Source: Candidatus Sulfobium sp. | Lineage (GTDB): Bacteria; Nitrospirota; Thermodesulfovibrionia; Thermodesulfovibrionales; UBA6898 | NCBI GenBank assembly: GCA_037380845.1 | Contig: JARRRI010000009.1 | Location: 98,783-162,782, forward strand | Length of the DNA: 64,000 nt | Direction: 5' to 3' | In this document: positions 45,103 through 55,236 of the stretch, in pieces | Position numbering within the stretch: position 1 is the first letter of the stretch | Layout: each line of letters opens with the position of its first letter | Position numbers and translations under genes: made by a program | Notes under the pieces: generated by a model | The model's database searches: none | Seen by the model: the letters and a program-made list of their open reading frames with translations, nothing else | Told to the model about the DNA's origin: nothing

Positions 45103-45289
45103 TTATTTGACGACCCTGGCTCGCAAAAAGATAAGTTCCTGACAAAACAACACGAACATTGATCACGTCAAGGCGCAAAAAAACTTGTTTATTTTCAGGA
45201 AATATTGTTATCTTCCTTCTCTGCGTACTTTGCTGTTCCTCGTGAGAATTGTTTCTGGTTTCGCGCTATGCAAGGTCTTGTTACGTGCG

Positions 45290-45847
45290 TCAGGGGCCGA
45301 AGGTCCTCAGCATCTCATCGAAACGGGCAAGGTGCTGCGCACCGTACTTCCCAATACTTCTTCGCACTTCGTCCAGTGGACGCTCATGCCCGGCTTTTCC
45401 GCCGTCCTTGGAAAAGAATTTGTCGGCAAAGCAGATGATCTTTTCTTCCACCGTAATCGGCATCATTTCACGTCTCGGCAGGGGCAATTTAAAATGATCG
45501 ATGTCGTCGATGCTGATCCCCACTCCGACGTGACGCTCGCATACCAGGGCGTGACGGGGCAGCCCCTCTCTTTCAAGCAGTTCCCTCCCGAGATAACCAT
45601 GACAGACATAAGGCTTGTCGCCGTCACATCCTATCCCCGGCGCTCTCGTCATAAAGATTCCGATATCGTGGAGCATGGCAGCCTCCTCAATGAAAACCCT
45701 GTCCGGCAGCAGATGAGTCACCTTTGCGGCAATCTCGAGCGATCTGCCCGCAACCAGTCTGCCGTGTTCGACAAGTATGGGAAAGGCGGCGGAGCCCGGG
45801 TCGTAGTATTTCCTTATGATCTCAAGGGGATCTAATCTGCCCATCAC
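45290..45847 (-). CDS. HD-domain phosphohydrolase
   Basis: LHDIG, HGYLG, CERHVG, ADKFFSK. Confidence 0.88.
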   Translation of the reverse strand: MMGRLDPLEIIRKYYDPGSAAFPILVEHGRLVAGRSLEIAAKVTHLLPDRVFIEEAAMLHDIGIFMTRAPGIGCDGDKPYVCHGYLGRELLEREGLPRHALVCERHVGVGISIDDIDHFKLPLPRREMMPITVEEKIICFADKFFSKDGGKAGHERPLDEVRRSIGKYGAQHLARFDEMLRTFGP

Positions 45848-45848
45848 C

Positions 45849-48842
45849 TTAAAATGAGAGCTCGAATTCCATCTTCCTCTTCCCGAAAAACAGAAACCCC
45901 TTGCGCAGAGCCGTCACCTTTACCGTCTGGTCCGGCGTGACGTCGAGGAGGCCTATCTTGATGTCAGATATATCTTTTACCTTCCAGCTGTCTACGGAGG
46001 TTATGATGTCGCCTTTTTCCATTCCTGCCCTGGATGCCGCACCGCCGGGCACCAGGTCCTTTATGATTGCTCTGCCGCCCTTGTCATCGACCATGACGCC
46101 GAGTTTGGCGGTAAAAGGCGCCTTCAGCTCCTTCGGGAAGAGCACATAGCCGCCGACGCCCTCACCGAACTCGCCGTTGATCAGAGTCACGAATTTCCGG
46201 CCCGTCAGCCTGTATGCCCGGTTGGGGATCCCGGAATCATACATTACATGTTCTGCGCCCGCCAGGACCACCATCTGGTAACCTGGTTTTTCTTTGAGGA
46301 AAGCCGCTACTGAATGGGCCATCGTCTCGTCCCACAGTATCTGTGACTGGTAGAAGTTTTCAAAATCCGGACCGGCTGGGTGGTCCTGAAAGATCTCCTT
46401 GAGCCTCTTCCTGTATGCTTCGTCAGCCATATTCATACCGACCGGGATTTCCTTCTTTTGCTCTGCGGAGAGTGCATCGAGTCCGCCCATGGCCACCTTC
46501 TTTATTATCGCGGAGTCTATGTTAAGGGCCACAACCCGTATTCCCTTGGCCTTCGCGTATTCAAGGATCTCCCGGTAGAGGTTGTAATCGTACCGCCATC
46601 TTTTGAAGTACTCGCTCTTTTTAAGAAACTCCTTTTCATCGATCGTTCCCGCAAGATATTCGTCTATCCATTTCTGAAAAGGTCTCTGGAACATCTCCAT
46701 GCCTACCGCCAGCTTCCTGCCCTGCCTGTGGAGGCTCATGATCACGTCAAGCTCGACCTTGTGGTCTGCGTAGTTGGTATGGCGCTCCCCGACGAATATT
46801 ATCGGTGTATCCTTTATACGGTCGATGATCCGGTCCAGTATCAGGGAGTTCTTCGGTTCAACCCCCGCGACGGGCTCCTTGAGGCTAAATAACATGCCGC
46901 GGTCCGTGCCGGCGGTCTCCTTCTCCACGTTCCGCCCTTTTTCGAAACGCAGGACGGAATATTTTCCATAATGGAATATCTTCGGGGCCGCAAGGGCAGC
47001 CTCTTCCCCGGAGCCGGCGTTTGCATAGGCCACCACTTGCGACAGATTAAGCGGGTTGTTTCTTACCACAAGCTCAAATCCGGGCTGCGGGCTGCCGACA
47101 TCGGCAAAGAGCCTCTCAAGGACAGGACTGTCAAAGCCAAGGACCAGGAGTGAGGAAGACTGGACATCCCCGTCCTTAAGGTCCTTCACCTCCACGGACT
47201 TGAACCCCTCTCCCTGGAAAATCCTTATCAGATCCGCATACTTCCCCTTGTCCTTATCTTCGTAAACGATGATCTTCTTTTCGGCGCCGAGCAGCCTTGA
47301 TACGACGGGTGGCAGCTCCCCGCCGGCCAGCCTTCTCATCACGTCATAGTTTTCATCCACGATCAGTTTCGACGGGTTCTCCCCGGCGGCAATATCAAAG
47401 TACTGTTTGTCCTTTTCGATCTGAAGACGCTTTCCTGTTTCGCCGTGGCCCGCAGCGATCTTTATCGGCAGTCGCAGTTTATAGGGTTGCCCTTTCTGGA
47501 TGATCTGCAGTGTCACGGCAGGGTTTCCTTTCAGCACACGCACCATGGGATCTTTCACCCGGAGAGAAGGTATTCCCTTGCGGTCAAGCCACTGACTGAA
47601 AAACCATGCCAGTGACATGCCCGACTCCTGCTCGAATGCCTTCTGTATATCGACCCACGAAGCGTCGCGGAATTCGTTCTGTGTGATGAGCCTTCGCAAC
47701 GCCTTATAAAAAGTCTCCTTCCCCACCATGTCCTCAAGCATATGGAAGACCATCGCTCCTTTGCCGTAACCGATCGCCATCGAGGCAAAGCCCGTCCTCT
47801 CGGTAAATTCCCTCAGAGGGAATTCCTTGTCCGGGGTCACATAGCTCTCATAGTCCGTGAGGATCTTCTTCCTGTACTTCCATCCCTCTCCCTTCTGCTC
47901 GGCATAGAGATGGTCCGAGAGGTACGTGGTGATCGCCTCCAGCCAGTTGCCGGTCCTGAAGTCTGCATACACGTAGTTTCCGAACCATTGATGAGTGATC
48001 TCATGCCCCAGGGAAGTGTCGACTATGAAAGGCAGACGGACGACCTCCTGACCGAGGAGCGTGAAAGTGGGCATCGAATATCCGGTCTGGAGGATGTTCT
48101 CCACAATGGAAAACCTCTTGTACGGATAGTGCACCAGGAGTTTGTCATACATCCTGAAGTAATTCTTCGCGTGCTCCATGTAGGAAGCGGACAGGTTGGC
48201 GTCCTCCGGAAAAAAATAGGTATAGATGTCGATGCCGTCAACAGTGCCCTTGGCCTCCCTGTACCCGGCTGCAACGAGATCTATGCCATCTACCGGATAC
48301 GGGAACCTGAAGGAGTATTCCCTGCCTGTGGCGGTTTCCCTGAAGCTGATATCGTCCGCCTCGGATATGGCGGTAAAATTCTCCGGGACAATGGCGGCGA
48401 GGTCGTAATATGCAAGGCTGTTTATCGATGGATACCAGTTGCCCGTAAGAGAGATGCCTCTCTCATCCACAACGCCGCCCTTTACAACCCCTACGTTCTC
48501 AAGGTTCGCTGCTTCCCCCTGTCCTGCTCTGAAGGTCGCCTCGTACCTGATCTCAAGTACGCCCGCACCGGACAACGCAAAGCCGGCGGCAGGCAGTTTC
48601 ATCGCCTTCCCGTTAAAGGAAGCGGAAAGAATCCGAAGACCTCCCACAGAGACAGTAGTCTTAACCCCTTCCGGCAGCCTGATGACTGCGACACCATGCA
48701 AGAGGTTCTTTTTCAGATCGAAGGAGACCCCGAGTTTATATACCGGGAGAGACGCATCAACTTGTTCCGATGCGGCGGCATGCGACTGAAGGACCATGAC
48801 GAATACAAAAAAGACGCTGAATAAAGACAAGAACTTTACCAT
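45849..48842 (-). CDS. Secreted M1 aminopeptidase-ChaN-PDZ fusion
   Basis: Signal peptide; HEITHQWFGN..WLEA; ChaN motifs VGERH, GMEMF, WDETMA; C-terminal PDZ. Confidence 0.85.
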   Translation of the reverse strand: MVKFLSLFSVFFVFVMVLQSHAAASEQVDASLPVYKLGVSFDLKKNLLHGVAVIRLPEGVKTTVSVGGLRILSASFNGKAMKLPAAGFALSGAGVLEIRYEATFRAGQGEAANLENVGVVKGGVVDERGISLTGNWYPSINSLAYYDLAAIVPENFTAISEADDISFRETATGREYSFRFPYPVDGIDLVAAGYREAKGTVDGIDIYTYFFPEDANLSASYMEHAKNYFRMYDKLLVHYPYKRFSIVENILQTGYSMPTFTLLGQEVVRLPFIVDTSLGHEITHQWFGNYVYADFRTGNWLEAITTYLSDHLYAEQKGEGWKYRKKILTDYESYVTPDKEFPLREFTERTGFASMAIGYGKGAMVFHMLEDMVGKETFYKALRRLITQNEFRDASWVDIQKAFEQESGMSLAWFFSQWLDRKGIPSLRVKDPMVRVLKGNPAVTLQIIQKGQPYKLRLPIKIAAGHGETGKRLQIEKDKQYFDIAAGENPSKLIVDENYDVMRRLAGGELPPVVSRLLGAEKKIIVYEDKDKGKYADLIRIFQGEGFKSVEVKDLKDGDVQSSSLLVLGFDSPVLERLFADVGSPQPGFELVVRNNPLNLSQVVAYANAGSGEEAALAAPKIFHYGKYSVLRFEKGRNVEKETAGTDRGMLFSLKEPVAGVEPKNSLILDRIIDRIKDTPIIFVGERHTNYADHKVELDVIMSLHRQGRKLAVGMEMFQRPFQKWIDEYLAGTIDEKEFLKKSEYFKRWRYDYNLYREILEYAKAKGIRVVALNIDSAIIKKVAMGGLDALSAEQKKEIPVGMNMADEAYRKRLKEIFQDHPAGPDFENFYQSQILWDETMAHSVAAFLKEKPGYQMVVLAGAEHVMYDSGIPNRAYRLTGRKFVTLINGEFGEGVGGYVLFPKELKAPFTAKLGVMVDDKGGRAIIKDLVPGGAASRAGMEKGDIITSVDSWKVKDISDIKIGLLDVTPDQTVKVTALRKGFLFFGKRKMEFELSF

Positions 48843-48922
48843 AAGAATGACTCCTTCCGCAAAAATTATCTATTGACAGGTTAACAACCCTGCCGTGAAA
48901 AAAAGACCTGAATTCCGAATCT

Positions 48923-48996
48923 GTCATTCCCGCAGTCAGTAAGCGGGATACAAGTATACCCAAGTTGGATGCCAGATTACGTACCTCGGGCATGAC
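48923..48996. repeat. REP-like palindromic repeat
   Basis: GTCATTCCCG..CGGGATAC..TGGATGCC..CCTCGGGCATGAC. Confidence 0.75.
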
Positions 48997-49236
48997 GAAA
49001 AATGTGCAATCCGGATCCAACCAGCGGTGAAACGAGGCTTTGCTCAACTATTCGGTTCAAAGACGTCCCTTCTCCATGCTTTGCAAGTATTTTTCAGAAG
49101 TCTGCCCACCGGCAGACGAGGCCTTAATAAATGACATTATATCAACTGCCGGACGAATTTGCTTTTTCCCCGTCGTCGTTGTCCGGAAGAACTGATTTGC
49201 TATAATACAGATACCTGGGAGGCCGGGCAGAGGGGA

Positions 49237-49842
49237 ATGATAAGATATAACGGTATTAACCATCTGGCGATGGTGACGGGAGATCTGGACGGCACAATCC
49301 GCTACTGGAGGGACCTGCTGGGTATGAGGATGGTAGCCGGCCTGGGCAAGCCGGGATACCGCCATTATTTTTTCGAGATCTCCGAAAAAGACACCATCGC
49401 CTTTTTCGAGTGGCCTGACGTCGAACCTGCCGGGGAAAAAGAACACGGCAGGCCCGTGGCCGGGCCGGTAGTCTTCGATCATGTCTCATTCGGTCTGGAG
49501 ACCAGGGAATCCCTCTGGGAGCTCAAAGACCGGATCGCGGCAGCCGGTTTCTGGGTCTCCGAGGTAATCGACCACGGTTTCATCTATTCCATCTATTCCT
49601 TCGACCCAAACGGAATACCGGTGGAGTTCAGCTGGAATGTAGAAGGGATTGACATTCGAAGGGAACCTAAACTGAGCGACTCATCTCCTTCGGAGATTTC
49701 GAAGGAGGGGCCGGAGCCCCGGAGCGGCAGGTGGCCCTCAGTAACGAAACCCACAGCGGAAGAGGACCGGAAGGTGTATCCCGGACAGGGGAGCGAGCTC
49801 TTTCATGGCAGGAAGAAAGATCCGCGGCGGTCCTCTCAATAA
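49237..49842 (+). CDS. VOC/glyoxalase family protein
   Basis: GINHLAM, FDHVSF, SIYSFDPNGIPVEF. Confidence 0.9.
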   Translation: MIRYNGINHLAMVTGDLDGTIRYWRDLLGMRMVAGLGKPGYRHYFFEISEKDTIAFFEWPDVEPAGEKEHGRPVAGPVVFDHVSFGLETRESLWELKDRIAAAGFWVSEVIDHGFIYSIYSFDPNGIPVEFSWNVEGIDIRREPKLSDSSPSEISKEGPEPRSGRWPSVTKPTAEEDRKVYPGQGSELFHGRKKDPRRSSQ

Positions 49843-49859
49843 TGTTTGGCCCCTTGACC

Positions 49860-50110
49860 ACTCCGGCCCTCCTGATGCGGCTCCCGATGCAGCCTCAGCC
49901 GTCTATTCCATGGGGGTAATACTCTACGAGATGCTTACCGGAAGTCTGGACACACTTGGCACAAAGAGGCTGGGGGAGCTTTCCGGAAATGTGCCGCCCT
50001 GGCTGGAGAATCTGACTCTCAAGTGCTGCCAAAAGGAGAAGGCGCAAAGGTATCCTGATCTCGACAAAATATTTTCCGTGCTCGTTGATTTAAAGAAAAA
50101 ACAGGAGTGA
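49860..50110 (+). pseudogene. C-terminal fragment of Ser/Thr kinase-like domain
   Basis: VYSMGVILYEMLTG..PPWLENLTLKC..QRY; no N-lobe or catalytic loop. Confidence 0.65.
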
Positions 50111-50111
50111 A

Positions 50112-51212
50112 ATGACCCTCTTCCTCCTCACATTCTTCCTCGCTTATTCAGCCGTCCACTTCTATGCCTTCCTGAAGGCCAGGGCGGCCCTGAACTTTGG
50201 CGCCGGGACCGGTATCGCTCTCGCCCTGTTCATGATTATCATGATCGCCGCACCTTTCATCATCCGTTACTCCGAAAGGCTGGGCTTCGAGTTATTTGCA
50301 AGGGTGATGGCCTATGTGGGTTATTTCTGGCTGGGCATCCTTTTTCTGTTTTTTTCATGTTCCATTGCGCTGGACATTTACCGTTTTGTGGTATTCGCAG
50401 GCGGGCTTCTCTTCCAAAAGGACCTCTCCGCCTTTGTACTGTCCGCCAGGAACGCCTTCCTGATCCCTCTCGTCTTCTCCCTGGCTGCATCCGCTTACGG
50501 ATATTTCGAGGCAAGGGAAATCCGTACCGAACACGTAACAATCAAAACCTCCAGGATACCGGCCGGTACAGAAAGGCTCAGGATCGTCCAGATATCGGAC
50601 GTACATCTGGGCCTCATTGTCAGGGAGGCGAGACTGAAGAGGATACTTGAAAAAGTGAGGCTGGCCCGTCCGGATATCCTCGTATCGACTGGTGACCTCG
50701 TGGACGGACAAATAAGCAGGATTGACGGCCTGTCCGGCCTGCTCAGGGAAATCACCGCCAAATACGGGAAATTCGCCGTGACCGGGAACCACGAGTTTTA
50801 TGCCGGCTTTGCCCAGTCAAAGGCGTTCACCGAAAAGGCCGGGTTCAGGCTGCTCAGGGCGGAGGCAGTCGATGATTCCGGCATCGTCACCATCGCCGGC
50901 GTCGACGACCCGACAGCAAAGGCATTCGGCCTCGCAAAAAAGCACCGGCCATGGATCAACAAGGAAGCCGCCGGCCTCTTTGACCTTCAGTTGTCAGGCC
51001 ACGTCCACGACGGCCAGATATTCCCGTTCACAATCGTCACGTGGCTCTATTACCCGGTGGTTTCCGGCCTTGCCCATCCTGCAGAAGGCGGCTATCTGTA
51101 TGTGAGCAGGGGATCGGGTACGTGGGGACCGCCGATACGTTTTCTTGCGCGGCCGGAGGTGACGGTAATAGACCTCGTCCATTCGGGCCGGCCGCCTGGA
51201 AGCCGTAAATAA
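50112..51212 (+). CDS. Membrane-anchored metallophosphoesterase (YkuE-like), probable short internal deletion
   Basis: SDVHLG, TGDLVD, GNHE, SGHVH, SRGSGTWGPP; segment before KHRP looks short. Confidence 0.88.
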   Translation: MTLFLLTFFLAYSAVHFYAFLKARAALNFGAGTGIALALFMIIMIAAPFIIRYSERLGFELFARVMAYVGYFWLGILFLFFSCSIALDIYRFVVFAGGLLFQKDLSAFVLSARNAFLIPLVFSLAASAYGYFEAREIRTEHVTIKTSRIPAGTERLRIVQISDVHLGLIVREARLKRILEKVRLARPDILVSTGDLVDGQISRIDGLSGLLREITAKYGKFAVTGNHEFYAGFAQSKAFTEKAGFRLLRAEAVDDSGIVTIAGVDDPTAKAFGLAKKHRPWINKEAAGLFDLQLSGHVHDGQIFPFTIVTWLYYPVVSGLAHPAEGGYLYVSRGSGTWGPPIRFLARPEVTVIDLVHSGRPPGSRK

Positions 51213-51525
51213 TGACGAAGACTGGTCCGGACTGTTCTGTAGCTTACTTCGTCTCGCCCCACGGGTACGGCCATGCCGTTAGGTCTGCCGCGACGATGGA
51301 GTTCTGTCACCCGGCCACCATATTCAGACCGCACCGGTATGCCGCCGGGACGTGTCCGCTATCCTGACGCCCCTCGTAAGCAGGAACTTCAAGAGACCGC
51401 CAGGAGAGATACGGAAGGACCTGGAACTGCCTCCGGAGGCAATGCTGGAGATGCCGCGCAGCACGCGGCCCGGCAGAAACGGCGGACAACAGGCGGCTGA
51501 AGCCATCTGCGGTTTTCTTGCATAA
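51212..51525 (+). pseudogene. Collapsed remnant of a GT-B/arabinokinase-N-terminal-like gene
   Basis: VAYFVSPHGYGHAVRSAATME, frame change, HIQTAPVC..VSR..EIRKDLELP, then NGGQQAAEAI stop; TAATG overlap with upstream gene. Confidence 0.6.
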
Positions 51526-51608
51526 ACCCGGCCTTGCCACCCAAGACATGTTTCGAAGGAAAAATTTATGTTAACTACCCCTTTATACAGCCGGGGAAAG
51601 GCGGGGAA

Positions 51609-52154
51609 CTATGAGGCGGTCAGGATCATGACCATCTGACGGCCTTCCATCTTCGGCTGGGATTCCACTTTTGCGACATCCTCCAGTTCGGACGCCAGCT
51701 TGTTCAGGACATTCGCTCCGAGTTCCTGCCGGCTGAACTCCCGCCCCCTGAAACGCATGGTCACCTTAACCTTGTCTCCGTGATCGAGGAACTTCCTCAC
51801 ATTCCGCTTTTTGAACTCGTAATCATGAGTATCGATCTGCGGGCGCATCCTGACTTCCTTGACGCTCAAGGTGGTCTGTTTCTTTCTGGCCTTCCTGAGT
51901 TTCTTGCCCTGTTCGAACTTGAACTTCCGGTAGTCCATGATTTTACAGACAGGCGGGTCTGCCTGGGGGCTGATTTCCACAAGGTCCAGGTCCCTTTCTG
52001 CAGCCATCTTCAAGGCCGAATCAATGTCCATGATGCCGACCTGCCCTTCATCGGCGACGACCCGTATCTCTTTCGCTTTAATCATCCGGATCTGGTTGTT
52101 TACGCGGGTCCTGTCGACGACCCTCGCGGGCATTGCTCTTTTTCGACTTTTTAT
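51609..52154 (-). CDS. infC: Translation initiation factor IF-3, probable AUA start
   Basis: RVNNQI, LDLVEISPQADPPVCKIMDY, KEVRMRPQIDTHD, FRGRE; AGGAGG 8 nt before in-frame ATA 52154. Confidence 0.93.
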   Translation of the reverse strand: MKSRKRAMPARVVDRTRVNNQIRMIKAKEIRVVADEGQVGIMDIDSALKMAAERDLDLVEISPQADPPVCKIMDYRKFKFEQGKKLRKARKKQTTLSVKEVRMRPQIDTHDYEFKKRNVRKFLDHGDKVKVTMRFRGREFSRQELGANVLNKLASELEDVAKVESQPKMEGRQMVMILTAS

Positions 52155-52441
52155 TGTCTGATCCTCCTTTTATTGTTTTTTATCCAGGTTATCTTCCACA
52201 CACCTGTGCCGAAGAAACGCTGTTTTATAGTTTAACATGACGGGGAGACGAGATCACCCAAAGTCTGCCTATCACGTTTCGGGCCCGCCCTTCGGCGTCC
52301 GGACAGCGGGTCCGGCCTGTTTGAATAATATATCATTAGTCGGAAGGCTTTCGGTATGGTGAGCCCTGCGCCGGACATGCCCGGAGCGTTAATCATATCA
52401 AGGCGGGTCTTCCAGTGTTCCGCATATCTCTGCCGCCGCCG

Positions 52442-52768
52442 TCACTTTCCTTTCATTCCGGCAGCAAACTTATTGAAGTTTATCACTTCAGGCGAGAAGG
52501 TGGGATCTATGAGATATGCCTGGTCGAAGTATTCCGTCGCATCCTTATACTTTCCAAGTTTATAGAGCCCATACCCTATCAGGTAATAGGCGGCGGCGTC
52601 CGGTTTCCGGTTGACATAGTCCTTCAGGTCTTCGACCGCCTTTTTATAATGGCCGCCGTAATAGGCCTCCAGCGCCGCGCAATATTCGCTATTGCCGGCT
52701 GCACCGGATAATCCCGGCACGACTAACAATACCAGTACCGCAATAAAGACCAGAACAACTTTTTTCAT
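52442..52768 (-). CDS. Exported TPR protein
   Basis: Signal peptide, AYYLIGYGLYKLGKY..A..YF..A TPR; SD AGGAGG. Confidence 0.8.
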   Translation of the reverse strand: MKKVVLVFIAVLVLLVVPGLSGAAGNSEYCAALEAYYGGHYKKAVEDLKDYVNRKPDAAAYYLIGYGLYKLGKYKDATEYFDQAYLIDPTFSPEVINFNKFAAGMKGK

Positions 52769-52868
52769 GGTTGCCTCCTTTTTAGGGCCCTTTTTGAGGC
52801 TTTTACAGGCCCGACCTCAACATTATAGCAAATAATTGCGGTGTCTTCCGTGAACCCGCTCACAATAC

Positions 52869-53387
52869 TCACAGGTCTTCAAGGCGAGGGAACCCGGACC
52901 CCTCCCCAGCGGGAGCCTTTCCGGAAATGCCCACCTCCTTCAGAAATCTGCCAAGACATATCATGATCGTCTGGAAACACTGTCTGTACTCCCTGAGGCT
53001 GCAGCCATAAGGGTCCGCTATCTTCCCCAGATTGCGGTCGGAAAAATCCGCCAGGTTATAGATCCTGTCGGCAGCGGAAATGTCCAGCGAAAGGACGAGT
53101 TCCACATGAACGGGCTCCATACAGACAACCAAATCGCTCCTCTCGATGATATTACCGTCGAGCCTCTTCGCCCTGTGGCTGGATATGTCGATCCCCTGCT
53201 CCCGACAGGCGACCACCGAGAATTCAGAAGGAGCGTTGCCTTCAAGGGCATGGGTCCCCGCAGAAGAAGCTCTTACACCCGGGAATATTTCGGGCATCCC
53301 GGAGAGAATACCCTCGGCCATGGGGCTCCGGCAGATATTGCCGGTACAGACGGCAAGGATGTTTATTTTGTCCCCGATATCGGTCAA
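52869..53387 (-). CDS. Low-molecular-weight protein tyrosine/arginine phosphatase
   Basis: VCTGNICRSPMAE, SAGT, IADPYG; TTG start inferred. Confidence 0.88.
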   Translation of the reverse strand: MTDIGDKINILAVCTGNICRSPMAEGILSGMPEIFPGVRASSAGTHALEGNAPSEFSVVACREQGIDISSHRAKRLDGNIIERSDLVVCMEPVHVELVLSLDISAADRIYNLADFSDRNLGKIADPYGCSLREYRQCFQTIMICLGRFLKEVGISGKAPAGEGSGFPRLEDL

Positions 53388-53478
53388 CTCACCGCTCGCG
53401 TTTTGTAAATAGTATCTCCTGAAGTTATAATAACAGATTGCAGGGAGGATTTTAGAACCCCTGTTTGACGAAAAAGAG

Positions 53479-54204
53479 ATGGATGCAGAGACCAGGAGAT
53501 TAGGGATCGCCGACAGTTTCGACTTCCGGTGCGGCAGGGACCTGGAATGCTTCAACAGGTGCTGCAGGGACGTCAATCTTTTCCTCACTCCGTACGATAT
53601 CTTGCGGATAAAGCGCAGGCTTAATGTCTCTTCACATGAGTTTCTTAACACGTACACCTTTCCTCTTTTTCCCGAAGAGATAGGTCATCCGGTAATCCTG
53701 ATGAAGATGGTGCCGGACGACTCCAGAAACTGTCCGTTTGTAGGCAGTGAAGGGTGCATGATCTATGAGGACAGACCCTGGTCCTGCAGAAGCTTCCCCC
53801 TCGAGCCGGTGGCCGGTGCGATGCCGGAAGGATTTGAGATCGTGAAACGGGATTTTTGTATGGGCTTCGGCGGCGGTAAACGCCATACCGTTAAAAAATG
53901 GCGTGACACACAGAATGTGGTCGTCTACGAAGAGATTAATGAAGAGTGGAAAAAATTGACCCATCATGAGAATTTTTCCTCCAGGAACATGCTTGAAGGA
54001 CATCCGAGGGACATTTTTTTCCTGGGAAGTTACAATATCGACGAGTTCAGAAACGTTGTATTTAAAGGGGACTTCCTGAAATTTTTCGATGTGGATAAGG
54101 CTGTATTAAAGAAGATCAGGGCCAATGAAACAGAACTCCTGAAATTTTCCTTCCGGTGGTTGCGCCATGTCCTGTTCGGCGACGACACCATGAAAAGGAA
54201 ATGA
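53479..54204 (+). CDS. YkgJ-family Cys-cluster protein
   Basis: CFNRCC, LTPYD, CPF..GC.IYEDRP.SCR.FP. Confidence 0.88.
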   Translation: MDAETRRLGIADSFDFRCGRDLECFNRCCRDVNLFLTPYDILRIKRRLNVSSHEFLNTYTFPLFPEEIGHPVILMKMVPDDSRNCPFVGSEGCMIYEDRPWSCRSFPLEPVAGAMPEGFEIVKRDFCMGFGGGKRHTVKKWRDTQNVVVYEEINEEWKKLTHHENFSSRNMLEGHPRDIFFLGSYNIDEFRNVVFKGDFLKFFDVDKAVLKKIRANETELLKFSFRWLRHVLFGDDTMKRK

Positions 54205-54460
54205 CGCCAATGTTTAAAGCTGGCAGACCCCTCTGCAGGGCTGTAAGGTGCCGCTGCAAGACATTTTTCGCCGCCCTGACGGGCTCCGCCAGTGTCTTAT
54301 CGCAGTTGCAGGGATTGATGTGATCGGTTATGTCCGATCTGTTATAATAATTAAAGTATGGCGTTTGTTAATCCAGGCGCGTGAATGTGAGGGTCTCCAT
54401 TGAACACGAGTATGACGGGGCTCAATAAATCCAGTGACCCTCGCGAAAAGGAGCGATTAC

Positions 54461-55111
54461 ATGTCACAGGTCATGGAAGATAAAAAGACGATCTGTCCGC
54501 ACTGCGGACAGAAACTCAACAAGTGGAGCACCCCTTCGTTTAATTTTGCCGACGGGCTGGGATGGTGTACCCCCTTCCTCTATATCTGCTTCAATGACGA
54601 TTGCAGTTTTTATACCAACAGCTGGAAGCAGATGTCCGACACCTACGGACAGGAAATGGGTTACCGTTACATGGTCCACCCCGATTCCGGAGAGGCATCA
54701 AGCATTCCCTGCGGCAACAAGGATGCCATGAAGGGAGACATCATAGACGAGATAAGGGAGTCCCAGGAGAAAGCCGAACTCGAGGCGAGAAAAAAGGCGG
54801 CCCAGGTCCTTACCGACTATTTCATCGCCAGGGACCTGGACTCGATATTGGGAGTGCTGACTGACGAAGAAGGATTCGGCAGCATACGGCTGAAAGCGGC
54901 CGATCACCTCGGAGAGATCGGGGACCTCCGGGCCATAGAGCCCATGGCCAACCACACTTTCGCCAACGAGGTGATTCAGGCCAGGGTGGAAGCGGCCATC
55001 CGCAAGATACACGAGAAGAACTTCACGATGGAGTGTCCCTACTGCGCTGAGACCATCAAGATCCGCGCCAAGATCTGCAAGCATTGCGGGAAAGAACTCA
55101 CAGCTAAATAA
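54461..55111 (+). CDS. Zinc-ribbon / HEAT-like conserved protein
   Basis: CPHC..GLGWCTPFLYICFNDDC; C-terminal CPYCAE..CKHC. Confidence 0.8.
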   Translation: MSQVMEDKKTICPHCGQKLNKWSTPSFNFADGLGWCTPFLYICFNDDCSFYTNSWKQMSDTYGQEMGYRYMVHPDSGEASSIPCGNKDAMKGDIIDEIRESQEKAELEARKKAAQVLTDYFIARDLDSILGVLTDEEGFGSIRLKAADHLGEIGDLRAIEPMANHTFANEVIQARVEAAIRKIHEKNFTMECPYCAETIKIRAKICKHCGKELTAK

Positions 55112-55126
55112 TGATATTGAACCCCG

Positions 55127-55156
55127 AGGGGGCCGCTTGCCGGCGGCCCCCTTCTA
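55127..55156 (+). terminator. Hairpin, probable intrinsic terminator
   Basis: AGGGGGCCGC-ttgccg-GCGGCCCCCT then TCTA; weak U tract. Confidence 0.55.
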
Positions 55157-55236
55157 TCTGTCTGCCTTTTTCCTCTTCCGGCGCTGTGTTATACTTTGGT
55201 CAGACAGTGCGTAACCGCTGAAAGCAGGATTTTTCT

